From assembly GCA_963845185.1 (NCBI GenBank), contig CAWJRG010000009.1:704001-768000 (forward strand): a stretch of DNA of 64,000 bases, given 5' to 3'. The notes under the pieces were generated by a model. It ran no database searches. It was not told where the DNA came from and worked only from the letters and a program-made list of their open reading frames with translations. Of the stretch, positions 38,616 to 48,388 are shown piece after piece (the first letter of the stretch is position 1; the number at the start of each line of letters is the position of its first letter). Origin of the DNA: an uncultured bacterium. Its GTDB lineage: Bacteria > Oederibacteriota > PGYV01 > CAWJRG01. A program made the translations under genes and the position numbers.

Positions 38616-39591
38616 AAACTTTGCGATTAATCTCTTCGAGATTCTTTAAACTGTTAATTTTTTCTTCTGCCTCGTGCACGTAATTTTCCTTACTATAATA
38701 TTGGAACATTACCCTGCTGTAAGCTTCTTTAGCCTCTGCTATGTCACCAGCCAGTTTATATGTATCACCTATGTCAATCGCGGCACGGGGCGCCCATTCT
38801 GTATTTGCAAATTTATACTCAATGAGTGTATATTCCTTTACTGCGCTTTTGAACCTATTTGTTTGAGCGAGTATTGAAGCCAGTTGAAATCTTGCATTTA
38901 TTTCATCCTGCGAATTTGGAAAATACTTAACTATATTCCTAAAAATATTCTCAGCTCTTTTAAAATTCCTAGTGCGTATATATATAATCGCCATACTTGT
39001 ATATGCACGGATTGCATTTTTGGAATCTTGGTTTTTTCTTATTATATCCTTATATATTTCTATTGCATAATTCCATTTTTGAAGATTCGAATAACAATTA
39101 GCTAAACGATAATACGCTTCATCAGATACTTCACCTTTTGGTTTTTCTGCTAAAACTTTCTGAAATGTTATGATAGCTTTGTCGTAATTTCCGTTATATT
39201 GATAAGCATTAGCAAGAAAATATTTTATATTATAAAGCTGCTTTGAGGTGGGATAATTCTGAATAGTTCTTTCCCATATTTCTATTGCACCAGCATAATC
39301 TTCCAAATCGTAATATTTTTTACCTTCCTTAAACAAATCACCAACTTCTTTTTCAATCGTTTCTTGTGATTTTTCTTTTGCTTCCACAGATATGCCTGAT
39401 TTCATTATGTCTTCCTGTTTTGCCTGCGGTGTTGGTTCTGTTGTTGGTACTACACCGGAATTCATTTCATTTTCATTTACAACGATTCTATTCTCATTGC
39501 CAGGTATATTCGTATCCTGGGAAAATAATGGCAGGCTTAACAAGCATAAAAATATTATCAAATAATATAATATAAAATAAGATTTTTTCAT
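38599..39591 (-). CDS. Exported TPR protein (CpoB/BamD-like repeats)
   Basis: Signal peptide, P/T linker, TPRs with YP.S / FP.S ends. Confidence 0.8.
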   Translation of the reverse strand: MKKSYFILYYLIIFLCLLSLPLFSQDTNIPGNENRIVVNENEMNSGVVPTTEPTPQAKQEDIMKSGISVEAKEKSQETIEKEVGDLFKEGKKYYDLEDYAGAIEIWERTIQNYPTSKQLYNIKYFLANAYQYNGNYDKAIITFQKVLAEKPKGEVSDEAYYRLANCYSNLQKWNYAIEIYKDIIRKNQDSKNAIRAYTSMAIIYIRTRNFKRAENIFRNIVKYFPNSQDEINARFQLASILAQTNRFKSAVKEYTLIEYKFANTEWAPRAAIDIGDTYKLAGDIAEAKEAYSRVMFQYYSKENYVHEAEEKINSLKNLEEINRKVYEEEQ

Positions 39592-39666
39592 TATTTTCTC
39601 TCCTTTTTTACATACATTTTCTTTATTTTTTCTTACATTATCATATTATTTTTGCTTTGTCAATAA

Positions 39667-40242
39667 TCATAAATTTTTAAAAAAAGTGCCTGCTGAAATG
39701 AAATGTTGATTCCAATAAGGCTTATAAAGCGAATCTGTTTGAACACATTTTGTGGCTGAAGGTGAGTGTATGAATTTCCCGTTTCCTATGTATATACCGA
39801 CGTGTGTAGGCCATTGCGCATATGTGCCAAAAAACAGCAAATCGCCTTTCCGAGCCAAACTAAAAGGAATTATCTTTGCTGTCATGTATTGCTCATATAC
39901 AGTCCTTGGTATTTTTATGCCTGCTTTCATATAAGAATAATGTGTTAATCCTGAACAATCAATCCCTTCCCCGTTAGGGTCATCGCTTGACCAGTACGAT
40001 ATGCCAATCAAACTTTTTGCTATAGAGATAATCACCTGCCTTTTAATTAATGTTTTACTAATATTTTTGGATTTCGCATGTGAAAATGATACAATACTAA
40101 TATCTTTTTTTATACAAGAATACATTTTTTTAAGTTTTTCTTTTGGCAAGTAATTCTCCTCTTCATGACAAAAAATCAAATTTGAAAATAGTAGAGTTAA
40201 TAAAATACTTAAAATTTTAAAGGATTTCATAAATATATTCAC
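39667..40242 (-). CDS. NlpC/P60 peptidoglycan endopeptidase
   Basis: DCSGLT, GDLLFF, HVGIYIGNGKFIHS. Confidence 0.93.
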   Translation of the reverse strand: MNIFMKSFKILSILLTLLFSNLIFCHEEENYLPKEKLKKMYSCIKKDISIVSFSHAKSKNISKTLIKRQVIISIAKSLIGISYWSSDDPNGEGIDCSGLTHYSYMKAGIKIPRTVYEQYMTAKIIPFSLARKGDLLFFGTYAQWPTHVGIYIGNGKFIHSPSATKCVQTDSLYKPYWNQHFISAGTFFKNL

Positions 40243-40324
40243 CTCACAGCTTCGTATTATTTGTAATTCATCAGATTGTATTTTGGTTGATAAAATATTA
40301 TTTGTAAAATTCCATAATAAATAA

Positions 40325-40783
40325 TCAAAAAAAAGTTCCTACGCTGAAATAATGTTTTTGCCAATAAGGATTGTCTATGCTTACTATTTGGATTCTTTTG
40401 CCCTGGGATGGCGAATGAATGAATTTATTATCGCCTAAGTATATACCTACGTGAGACGCACCCGAACCGTTTGTTGAAAAAAATATCAAGTCGGCAGGTT
40501 TGATTTCAGATAAACTTATTTTTCTAGAATAATTATATTGATTTTGTGAAGTCCTTGGTATTCTTATGCCTGCTTCCCTGTAGGCATATTGTGTCAAGCC
40601 AGAACAATCAAATCCCCATGAAGGATCTTGTTTGCCATATTTGTATTGTTTGTTTAGCATGTTTTTAGCAATTCTAATTATAAGCAATCTCTGATTTGAA
40701 TTTGTGCTTTTTAAAGAAGCGCATGAAGGTAAAATAAGAATATAAATAATAAATGCTGTTATAATTTTAAATATGATTTTCAT
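40325..40783 (-). CDS. NlpC/P60 lipoprotein
   Basis: LPSC lipobox-like; GFDCSGL, HVGIYLG...FIHS. Confidence 0.93.
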   Translation of the reverse strand: MKIIFKIITAFIIYILILPSCASLKSTNSNQRLLIIRIAKNMLNKQYKYGKQDPSWGFDCSGLTQYAYREAGIRIPRTSQNQYNYSRKISLSEIKPADLIFFSTNGSGASHVGIYLGDNKFIHSPSQGKRIQIVSIDNPYWQKHYFSVGTFF

Positions 40784-41445
40784 TTTATAGCTCTTAACAT
40801 TTTTTTGCTTTTTATATCGTCGTCTATTATATACATTATATAAGTATCTATTAGGTAATTTATTTCATTAATGGGTGCATCTTTTACCGTCATATTCTCT
40901 ATTGTTTCTGTATTTTCTAAAATATGCGAAAAATAATCTCTTATTTCCTTTTTTGTTTTACTTTCGGAAAGAAATATTTTGTTATCGGTAATATTAAAGC
41001 CAGCATGTTTTAAAAGTTTTAACTTAAAAAATGATTCGATAAATCCGTCGTTTGCGTAGTCTACTGAATCAATGTGCCGTAATATTTGTTTTGTAAGAAC
41101 AAAAAGTTCTTCAGCAGGAGATTCAGCCGGTAGAAATTTATCCAGAAGTTCAGCTATAAGATATGCCAGATATATCTTTTCAAGTGATGCACGGATATTT
41201 TCATATGCACAAAACTGGGATGCCTGGATTAATCTGAAATATTTTGTGGTTTCTTTTTTGCGCATCAAATAATAATGATTTAGAGAAAAAAGTTCAAGAA
41301 CTGGTTTTAATCTGCTTGTCAGTTTTTTTGTGCTTTTTGATAGTATAAAAGTTTTACCAATCTGCTCGGTAAATAATACAGTTATATTGTCATTTTCGTT
41401 TACGGTATAGTTATTCAAAACTATACCGTCGGTTTTAATCTCCAT
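40780..41445 (-). CDS. recO: DNA repair protein RecO (no Zn finger seen)
   Basis: N-terminal OB fold GIVL...E.D..VLFT..GK...SRL...LELF; helical domain AELLDK...F.LKLL..AG. Confidence 0.8.
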   Translation of the reverse strand: MEIKTDGIVLNNYTVNENDNITVLFTEQIGKTFILSKSTKKLTSRLKPVLELFSLNHYYLMRKKETTKYFRLIQASQFCAYENIRASLEKIYLAYLIAELLDKFLPAESPAEELFVLTKQILRHIDSVDYANDGFIESFFKLKLLKHAGFNITDNKIFLSESKTKKEIRDYFSHILENTETIENMTVKDAPINEINYLIDTYIMYIIDDDIKSKKMLRAIK

Positions 41446-41535
41446 CGGTTTTAATAAAAATTTCTAAAAAAAGAATAGTTGTAAAATCAAAATTGTATAT
41501 ATGTAGTATTATATTCATTTAGTAGCTTATTTAAA

Positions 41536-41964
41536 TTAATAATAACCTTCCCCAATATTGAATCCACCTTCGCCACCTGCCAGTAAAGTTAAAACAACGC
41601 TGATAATTATCAGTATGAGAAGCACTACCAAGCCGATTCCCATTATTATCAGGCAGTTCTTTCCGAACTTTTTAGCAAGTTCATCCTTTTGCGAGAAATA
41701 AATCAAACCAATAATAAAACCTGCTATTGGGCTAAAAAAGGAAATGATATAAGCAATATATTTTATTAAACCTTCAGGTGCATAAAAATACACAGATTTG
41801 ACAACAGAAGCAAATTGTACTTTAGGGATACAATTTCCGCAATAATTTTTATCATTTGTTTTTTTTACAGTTTCTTCGGTCAGCAATGTACCGCAATTTA
41901 AGCACGCCGCTACATATTTGGGTGTGTTTCTTTGAACAATACTTTTTCGCGGAATTTTTTTCAT
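41536..41964 (-). CDS. Zn-ribbon plus two-TM hypothetical protein
   Basis: CxxC...CxxC followed by two hydrophobic helices. Confidence 0.7.
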   Translation of the reverse strand: MKKIPRKSIVQRNTPKYVAACLNCGTLLTEETVKKTNDKNYCGNCIPKVQFASVVKSVYFYAPEGLIKYIAYIISFFSPIAGFIIGLIYFSQKDELAKKFGKNCLIIMGIGLVVLLILIIISVVLTLLAGGEGGFNIGEGYY

Positions 41965-41973
41965 AATAACACC

Positions 41974-42474
41974 TCATTTTAAAATTTTTTCAATATTTAA
42001 CAGTCTGACTTTCCATTTCATACCTGAAGCAAAACCGCCGAGCTCTCCTCCACTTTTTATAATCCTGTGGCATGGTAATATCACTGGAAATGGATTACTA
42101 TGAAGAGCCCTTCCAACTGCTCTTGCTTTACTGTCATTGCCCAGTTGCCTCGCTACCCATTTATATGTTTTTAGTTCGCCATAAGGTATCTTTTTAAGTA
42201 CAGCAAGGACACTCTGAGTGAAAGTTGAAATACCGTTCATGTATAACTTAATACCTGAAAAATCAACTTTCTTCCCTCTGAAATAATTCTCTAACATGCA
42301 CTTTACGCCGTAAATATGTTCCAGCGATTCCTCTTCTGGTTTTTTATAAGCCTTTTTTATTTTTTTAATTAATTTTCCTATGCTTTCTTCTGGCATAAAA
42401 ACGCGCCTCAAGCCTTTATTATCGTATATAAAAGCTCCAGGCCCGAAATTTGTTGAATATATTGAAAAATTCAT
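41974..42474 (-). CDS. ogt: Methylated-DNA--protein-cysteine methyltransferase
   Basis: IPYG...Y, RAVG.A...NP...PCHRI. Confidence 0.93.
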   Translation of the reverse strand: MNFSIYSTNFGPGAFIYDNKGLRRVFMPEESIGKLIKKIKKAYKKPEEESLEHIYGVKCMLENYFRGKKVDFSGIKLYMNGISTFTQSVLAVLKKIPYGELKTYKWVARQLGNDSKARAVGRALHSNPFPVILPCHRIIKSGGELGGFASGMKWKVRLLNIEKILK

Positions 42475-42506
42475 ATTATTTTACCGTATGTTATTTTACA
42501 ATGAAA

Positions 42507-43073
42507 TTAAAAATTTACTTTCGGAACTTCTTTAGCCTTTTCTTCAGCCTTAAAATAAACATCCTTGACTTTAAAACCAGTCATTCCAGCTATTATATTA
42601 CCAGGAAAGCTCCTTACAGTAGTATTATATTCCTGCACTATCTCGTTATACCTTTTTCTTTCAACTGCTATTCTGTTTTCCGTGCCAGCAAGTTCATCCA
42701 TTAATTTTTCAAAAGACTCATTTGCTTTCAACTGGGGGTAATTTTCAGATATTGCAAGTAGCCTTGAAATCGCACCGTCAAGTTGGGAATACGCGTTTAC
42801 TTTTTCATTAATGGATTTTGCGCCGGCAAGCTTTGCCCTTGCATCAGCTACATCGTCAAATACCGCTTTTTCGTGTTTTGCGTAACCTTTTACTGTATTT
42901 ACCAGGTTGGGAATAAGGTCATTCCTTCTCTGCAATACATTTTCAACCTGAGCCCACGATCCGGTTATTGCGGTGTCGAGAGCCACAAGGCGGTTGTAGG
43001 AAGACCCAATCATACCGCCTATGATTAAAGCCAAAATCACAATTGCCAATAAAACTTTCATACCGGTTTTCAT
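42507..43073 (-). CDS. lemA: LemA family protein
   Basis: N-terminal TM; QRRNDLIPNLV, ENYPQLKA, ENRIAVER.RYN. Confidence 0.96.
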   Translation of the reverse strand: MKTGMKVLLAIVILALIIGGMIGSSYNRLVALDTAITGSWAQVENVLQRRNDLIPNLVNTVKGYAKHEKAVFDDVADARAKLAGAKSINEKVNAYSQLDGAISRLLAISENYPQLKANESFEKLMDELAGTENRIAVERKRYNEIVQEYNTTVRSFPGNIIAGMTGFKVKDVYFKAEEKAKEVPKVNF

Positions 43074-43104
43074 TTTTTCCTCCTTTTCACTAAGCTTTCT
43101 GACT

Positions 43105-43815
43105 TTACCTTTTCTTGAATTTATCCAAATAATCCGTTACTTTTTCAATGTCATTTATGTAAGAATGAAACATATTATCAATTTCATTATTTTTAATCTT
43201 ATTCACCCCATCTTTTAAAGCTAATATATCAAAAAATACCTGCGTATTCAAGCTTATCTTTTTTGAAAGAGCAGCAATTATTTCCGCCTTTTTTAACGGG
43301 GGCTGTATCTTAAAATACCTGAGAATACCCTTAAATATTGCTATGAAAGTTGAGACGGAACCCCGCATTAGCTCCTTAACCTTTCGGGCATTGCCTCCTG
43401 TGATTATAAACGATTGCCTTAAACGTATGATTTTACTTTTTAATTCCCTTTCAATTTCAAGCCTAAGGTTTCCTGTGGCTATTTTCATATTCTTAAAAAC
43501 ATCTTCGCCATAAACTACAAAATGGTTTTCTTTAATATCAAGAAATTCTATTGGGAAAACGTCGTTTGATTTTATAATGCTGTGCCTGTCAAATATAAGA
43601 GGAATTGGCTGGCCGTGTCTGCACCATTTTTTTACGGGATTTTCCATATTTTTTAGGCATTCCGGGCTGAAATAGCCTACAACTATAAGTGTATTATAAT
43701 CCGAGGTTTTATAAAATTCGCCTGTAGCTGCAGAACCGTAAACTATAAACGATTTTAAATTATCTCCGAGAACATTTTTTAGATCTTTTGCGAAGCTAGT
43801 TAAAAATTTGTCCAT
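43105..43815 (-). CDS. Nucleotidyltransferase-fold protein
   Basis: YGSAA.G...SDYN.LIV (pol-beta-like GS..DxD motif with D to N); DVFPIEFLDI; helical C-terminal domain. Confidence 0.7.
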   Translation of the reverse strand: MDKFLTSFAKDLKNVLGDNLKSFIVYGSAATGEFYKTSDYNTLIVVGYFSPECLKNMENPVKKWCRHGQPIPLIFDRHSIIKSNDVFPIEFLDIKENHFVVYGEDVFKNMKIATGNLRLEIERELKSKIIRLRQSFIITGGNARKVKELMRGSVSTFIAIFKGILRYFKIQPPLKKAEIIAALSKKISLNTQVFFDILALKDGVNKIKNNEIDNMFHSYINDIEKVTDYLDKFKKR

Positions 43816-43856
43816 ATATTACCTCCATAAACTTAAAATACAAAATTTAATATTCT

Positions 43857-44606
43857 TTACCAGCCTCCTGATGCTCCTCCACCGCCGCTTGAGCCTCCGC
43901 CAAATCCTCCACCAAACCCAGAGCCTCCAAAACCACCGCCAAAACCACTGCTTCCGCCGCGGCCCGGCATTAAGAAAAATAATAAAAGCCACGGATTTCT
44001 TATTATTATCGGCAGTACAAAAACAATAAAAATTATAATCCAGAATATATCAGAACCTTTTAGCTTATAGTTTAGCTGTTGATTTTCCGTATAAATACCA
44101 TAGTTGCCGGAAAGCGATATGCCTTTTTCACCGGCTATTGCGATTGCAATTGAATAAACTCCCGCTAATATGCCATTTGAAAAATCCTGTTTTTTAAAAT
44201 ACGGCACAATATCGTTTCTTATTATATCACCGGCCTTGCCGTCAGGGATAATGCCTTCGATTCCGTAGCCTGTTTCAATTCTAATTTTCTTGTCCTCATA
44301 AGCAACGAGCAACATTACTCCGTTATCTTTGCCCTTCTCGCCCACGCGCCATTTTGCGAAAAGTCTATTTGTAAAGTCATCTAGGTCATCGCCTTCAAGC
44401 GATTTTATTGTAACAACAGCAATTTCAGCACCCGTCTTACTTTTTAATTCCGTAATTAAAGCTGTTAATTTCTCTCGGGTTGATTCATCTACAATACCTG
44501 CATAGTCATTTACCCAACCAGATGGCTGATAAGCATTCTCGTTAATACCGTAAACTGCAGTTGCGCAGCATGCCATCAAGGTTAGAATTAGTATATATTT
44601 TTTCAT
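43857..44606 (-). CDS. TPM-domain (YgcG-like) membrane protein with Gly-rich tail
   Basis: VNDYAG, W.VG.KGKDNG, IETGYG.EG.IPD, C-terminal GGGFGGGSSGGGGASGGW. Confidence 0.93.
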   Translation of the reverse strand: MKKYILILTLMACCATAVYGINENAYQPSGWVNDYAGIVDESTREKLTALITELKSKTGAEIAVVTIKSLEGDDLDDFTNRLFAKWRVGEKGKDNGVMLLVAYEDKKIRIETGYGIEGIIPDGKAGDIIRNDIVPYFKKQDFSNGILAGVYSIAIAIAGEKGISLSGNYGIYTENQQLNYKLKGSDIFWIIIFIVFVLPIIIRNPWLLLFFLMPGRGGSSGFGGGFGGSGFGGGFGGGSSGGGGASGGW

Positions 44607-44654
44607 TTCAAATTTATCTTGAAGGTTTTGAATTTTGTATTGCGAAAAAAATGA

Positions 44655-46253
44655 TCATAGCGAATATGCAGTCCAGTCAATATCCGGGAATATATTATCT
44701 TTCCATTCAATTTCAGAGATATAGGATTCATCAAAATTATTATTTTTCAGCATGTCGTACAGTTTATTAAACCTGAATATATGAACTTTTGTCCTTTTTA
44801 CTGCGTATTCAACCATTGTCTGGGTTTTCATTATGAAAGCCCAGTCACTGCTCTGGGCAAGCAGTACTTCCCTTGCAGCCTGTTTTAAAGCCCGTTCCTG
44901 ATTCCCAGAAAGCGGTTTGTATCTAAATGCATAAGCAAGCTCCATCATTTTCTCGTAGATTTTGTGCAGGTGCTTATAAACCCAGTCATTATTGCCGTTC
45001 AGCCAGAATTCGGCATAACCTTTATACCCCCAGCTTGAAAAAGAAGGAGTCAGAACCTGATTGCGCGGATATTTTTCCAAATATTCCGAAAGAGTAATAG
45101 TTTTAACGGTGTTCTGGTCGTAAAAAATTTTGCGCATTAAAAAATTTATAAAATCAGGGCCTTCATACCACCAGTGTCCGAAAAGCTCTGCGTCATAAGG
45201 AGCTACTATTATTGGCTCTCTTTTCATAATCCTGAATAGATGCTCAACTTGTTTTTCCCTGTTAAACATGAAGTTGCCGGCATGCTCAGCTGCTTTATCA
45301 AGGGCCTTCGACGGGTCATATACGTCTTTGAAAGAAATATCGCCTCTGCCGGTTATTCTGTAATATTTTATGCCGGTATTGATTCGTATGCCGCTTTCAT
45401 GGATATAGGGCTTTATATAATTATAATCAAGGTCAAATCCTATGTCCCTGTAAAATTCCCTGTAAGCAAAATCTCCAGGATAACCTTCTTTTGCGCTCCA
45501 GACCTGTTTTGATGATTCCATGTCCCTACCGAAAGCAGCAACTCCGGACCTGCAATAGACAGGCGCAAATACACCATATTTTGGCCGAGGCGTGCCGTAA
45601 AGTATGCCGTGCGTGTCAACTATAAAATACCTTATACCCCATTTTCTCAAAAGCTCGTCATCGCCAGGATTATACCCAGCTTCAGGCAGCCATATACCTT
45701 TTGGCCTTCTGCCAATATATTTTATGTGATTATCAACGGCAATCTTTATTTGAGCATTGACTGGTTCCCTGTAAATGGAAAGCGGTAAAAATCCGTGCGT
45801 AGCACCGCAGGTTATTATCTCGAGTTTGCCTGCGTCTTGGACCTGCTTAAACCCTTCAACCAGATCGCGATGGTATTTTTCCTCAAATATATATCGTGCT
45901 TTATAAAATTTTTCCCTATACATGACGGCTACTCTGTTGAATGCCGGCTCAAACTTTGTCCTTATTACTTCTTTTTCCACAAGCTCGATTAGTTTGTTGA
46001 TATGTCTGGAATATCTTTCCTGAAGGAGCGGATCTTTTAGCATGGCTATTAATGGCGGTGTCAATGACATCGTTATTCTGAAGTCAACGCCGTCTTCAAT
46101 GAGTTTATTAAAAACATCGAGAAACGGTATATATGTTTCTGTTATTGCCTCGAAAAACCAGGTTTCCTCAAGGGCATCATTGTATTCAGGATGTCTGACA
46201 AAAGGCAGGTGTGCATGAAGTATTAGGGCTAAATATCCCGAGGGTTCGCTCAT
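44655..46253 (-). CDS. GH57 1,4-alpha-glucan branching enzyme (DUF1957)
   Basis: HAHLPFV, ETYIP, WLPE, PYDAELFGHWWYEG, QSSDWAF. Confidence 0.93.
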   Translation of the reverse strand: MSEPSGYLALILHAHLPFVRHPEYNDALEETWFFEAITETYIPFLDVFNKLIEDGVDFRITMSLTPPLIAMLKDPLLQERYSRHINKLIELVEKEVIRTKFEPAFNRVAVMYREKFYKARYIFEEKYHRDLVEGFKQVQDAGKLEIITCGATHGFLPLSIYREPVNAQIKIAVDNHIKYIGRRPKGIWLPEAGYNPGDDELLRKWGIRYFIVDTHGILYGTPRPKYGVFAPVYCRSGVAAFGRDMESSKQVWSAKEGYPGDFAYREFYRDIGFDLDYNYIKPYIHESGIRINTGIKYYRITGRGDISFKDVYDPSKALDKAAEHAGNFMFNREKQVEHLFRIMKREPIIVAPYDAELFGHWWYEGPDFINFLMRKIFYDQNTVKTITLSEYLEKYPRNQVLTPSFSSWGYKGYAEFWLNGNNDWVYKHLHKIYEKMMELAYAFRYKPLSGNQERALKQAAREVLLAQSSDWAFIMKTQTMVEYAVKRTKVHIFRFNKLYDMLKNNNFDESYISEIEWKDNIFPDIDWTAYSL

Positions 46254-46262
46254 AAATATTTC

Positions 46263-47321
46263 TTATTCGGTCTTTCTTTCCACAGTTATTTTAATAGTTA
46301 TGTTATCTTTTTTATCTTGTGATGTCGCGTTCACCGGCAGGTCTATTTTACCTGTTGGCAGATGGAATCTGAGGTTAAATGTACCGTCTTCGCTAAGCTT
46401 TACTGGTTCATTTTTTATTGTCAAAGAAGCATTTTTTTCGGTTGCTCCATATAAAATAAGCTCGGTATCAGCTATAAGAAAGAATCCTTTTCCTTCCGGT
46501 TTATATGCAGGACTGCTAAAACTGCTGACATTTTCAGATGAAAGGTTAAATTCAAGCCTCCCTTTTTCAGAAGCACCAAGTGGTCTGCCCCCACCCGACA
46601 TCCTAAATATTTCGTCAAAATCTTCATCAACAACCATCCATTCCTCGTCCAAAACATTTGAAACTTTATCGCGCGGTGTGTTTACTACATTTGACCGCGC
46701 TATCATTATAAAATGACCGTCCGAAGTTTTCAATCCTATATCGACAATATATGTGCGTCCGGATTCCCAGACATTTACATACCAGTTATTGGCGCCTCCT
46801 GTTATTGTTATATCTTGAAATTTATGCGCGTTTCTCCCGTTAAAGATTATGTCAGTTATATCATATACCCTTAAAGTAAGCTCGGCGTGTCCCCACTCCG
46901 GTTTTAATTCCTTACTTTTGGCTGCTATTAATTCACCCGAAATATCCCAAAAAGCGTAACACCAGTAAGGATCCCTCACGAGTAAAATTATTTTGTTATC
47001 GTAATATCTTTCCTGTATTTGGTCTTCTGTAGGTTTTGGCTTATATTCTTCCTTAACCGGTTCCGGTTTTGATTTTTTTTCCTCATCCTTCATTTGTGCA
47101 GGGTAATATTTTGTTGCTTCTATTTTTGATTCCTCGGCCATTGGTTGTATTTTATGAGTGGTTAGGCCTTTTTTAGCTTTTATTTTAACAGATTTAACAG
47201 TTTTTGCTTTTGCTTCAGTAACTTTTTTTTCTTTAACTACTATTTTTTTGGCAACTGGTTTATCTTCCGAAACCTTGGAATACTTACTCCTTCCCCTTTT
47301 TTTAGGATCTTTATCTGCCAT
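46263..47321 (-). CDS. DUF4912 domain protein with Lys-rich N-terminus
   Basis: LLVRDPYW.YAFW, LRVYDIT, ARSN.V.TP, ELILYGATE. Confidence 0.85.
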   Translation of the reverse strand: MADKDPKKRGRSKYSKVSEDKPVAKKIVVKEKKVTEAKAKTVKSVKIKAKKGLTTHKIQPMAEESKIEATKYYPAQMKDEEKKSKPEPVKEEYKPKPTEDQIQERYYDNKIILLVRDPYWCYAFWDISGELIAAKSKELKPEWGHAELTLRVYDITDIIFNGRNAHKFQDITITGGANNWYVNVWESGRTYIVDIGLKTSDGHFIMIARSNVVNTPRDKVSNVLDEEWMVVDEDFDEIFRMSGGGRPLGASEKGRLEFNLSSENVSSFSSPAYKPEGKGFFLIADTELILYGATEKNASLTIKNEPVKLSEDGTFNLRFHLPTGKIDLPVNATSQDKKDNITIKITVERKTE

Positions 47322-47437
47322 AGCATTACTTCCTTTCTTTTTATTTTATATTATGAAACTTAAATGTTAAGACAAAATAAACTTTAAATTAATTTTTGAA
47401 AATACCCTCTTAATTATCAGGTAAAATTATTTTATTT

Positions 47438-47728
47438 TCAGGCTGATGGTGCTATGCCAAGCAGGATTTCAATTAAATCTTTACCTGGTTTAAATTTTAC
47501 AACTTTTTTGGCTGGAACTTCCACCTTTTCGCCTGTTTTAGGATTCCTCGCAAGCCTTGCTTTTCTTTCTTTTACTGAAAAGGATCCCAATCCTGTAACT
47601 GAAACTTTTTTGCCTTCTTTTAAAGATTCCTGAGTAATTTTCACAAAACTATCCAATACTTTTTCAATATCTTTCTTTGGCAGGGATATATTTTCACCAA
47701 TTTTGTCAACAATTTCTATTTTTGTCAT
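47438..47728 (-). CDS. hup: HU family DNA-binding protein
   Basis: MTK.E, GLGSF, RNPKTGE, KFKPGK. Confidence 0.95.
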   Translation of the reverse strand: MTKIEIVDKIGENISLPKKDIEKVLDSFVKITQESLKEGKKVSVTGLGSFSVKERKARLARNPKTGEKVEVPAKKVVKFKPGKDLIEILLGIAPSA

Positions 47729-47766
47729 CGGTTCTAAAACCTCCTTCCATTTGATTTTGTTGTATT

Positions 47767-47795
47767 AATGTACCAATAAACGCCAAAAAAGTCAA
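47767..47795 (-). promoter_or_regulatory. Putative hup promoter
   Basis: On - strand: TTGACT, 17 bp, TACATT, with extended TG. Confidence 0.5.
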
Positions 47796-47859
47796 GGTTA
47801 TTTATGATTTTACATTGAATATTAAATGAATATTCAAATAATTTCGCATAGTGAAAATT

Positions 47860-48351
47860 CTATTCCAAGGGCTTATTAAATTTTTTTCTTAATTTTTGCG
47901 CAACATAAGCAGGTACAAATTTATTTATATTTCCATGATGAAATGCTATTTCTTTAACAGATGACGAGGATATATAAAGATATGATTCATCCGGCAACAT
48001 ATAAATCATCTCGACGTCGTTATAAAGCTTTTTATTGCTCAATGCAAGCTGAAATTCATATTCAAAATCAGAAAGGGCACGCAACCCCCTTATTACTATT
48101 CGACGTCCTGTTTTTCTCAGAAAATCCACAAGTAAACCCTTATAACTCATTACTTTAACAAAATTCATTGTTTTCGTGGCTTGTCTTGCCATATCAATCC
48201 TTTCGTCCCACGAAAACAGAGGTTGTTTTAACTCGCCTTTTGCCACTGCGACTATAACTTCATCAAACATTTTTCCTGCTCGTTTAATAACATCAAGATG
48301 ACCATTTGTTATCGGGTCAAAAGTACCAGGGTAAACAGCTTTATTTTTCAT
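47860..48351 (-). CDS. coaD: Pantetheine-phosphate adenylyltransferase
   Basis: YPGTFDPITNGH, RGLR...DFEYE, ISSS.VKE. Confidence 0.97.
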   Translation of the reverse strand: MKNKAVYPGTFDPITNGHLDVIKRAGKMFDEVIVAVAKGELKQPLFSWDERIDMARQATKTMNFVKVMSYKGLLVDFLRKTGRRIVIRGLRALSDFEYEFQLALSNKKLYNDVEMIYMLPDESYLYISSSSVKEIAFHHGNINKFVPAYVAQKLRKKFNKPLE

Positions 48352-48388
48352 TAATATCACCTTCGGTTAAAATTTCCTTAGGGCTAAG

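Noticed and set aside
25500..41500. Low-GC genomic island
   Set aside because: It contains core genes (secA, mutS, recO) and no integrase or boundary repeats; a terminus effect explains it better.
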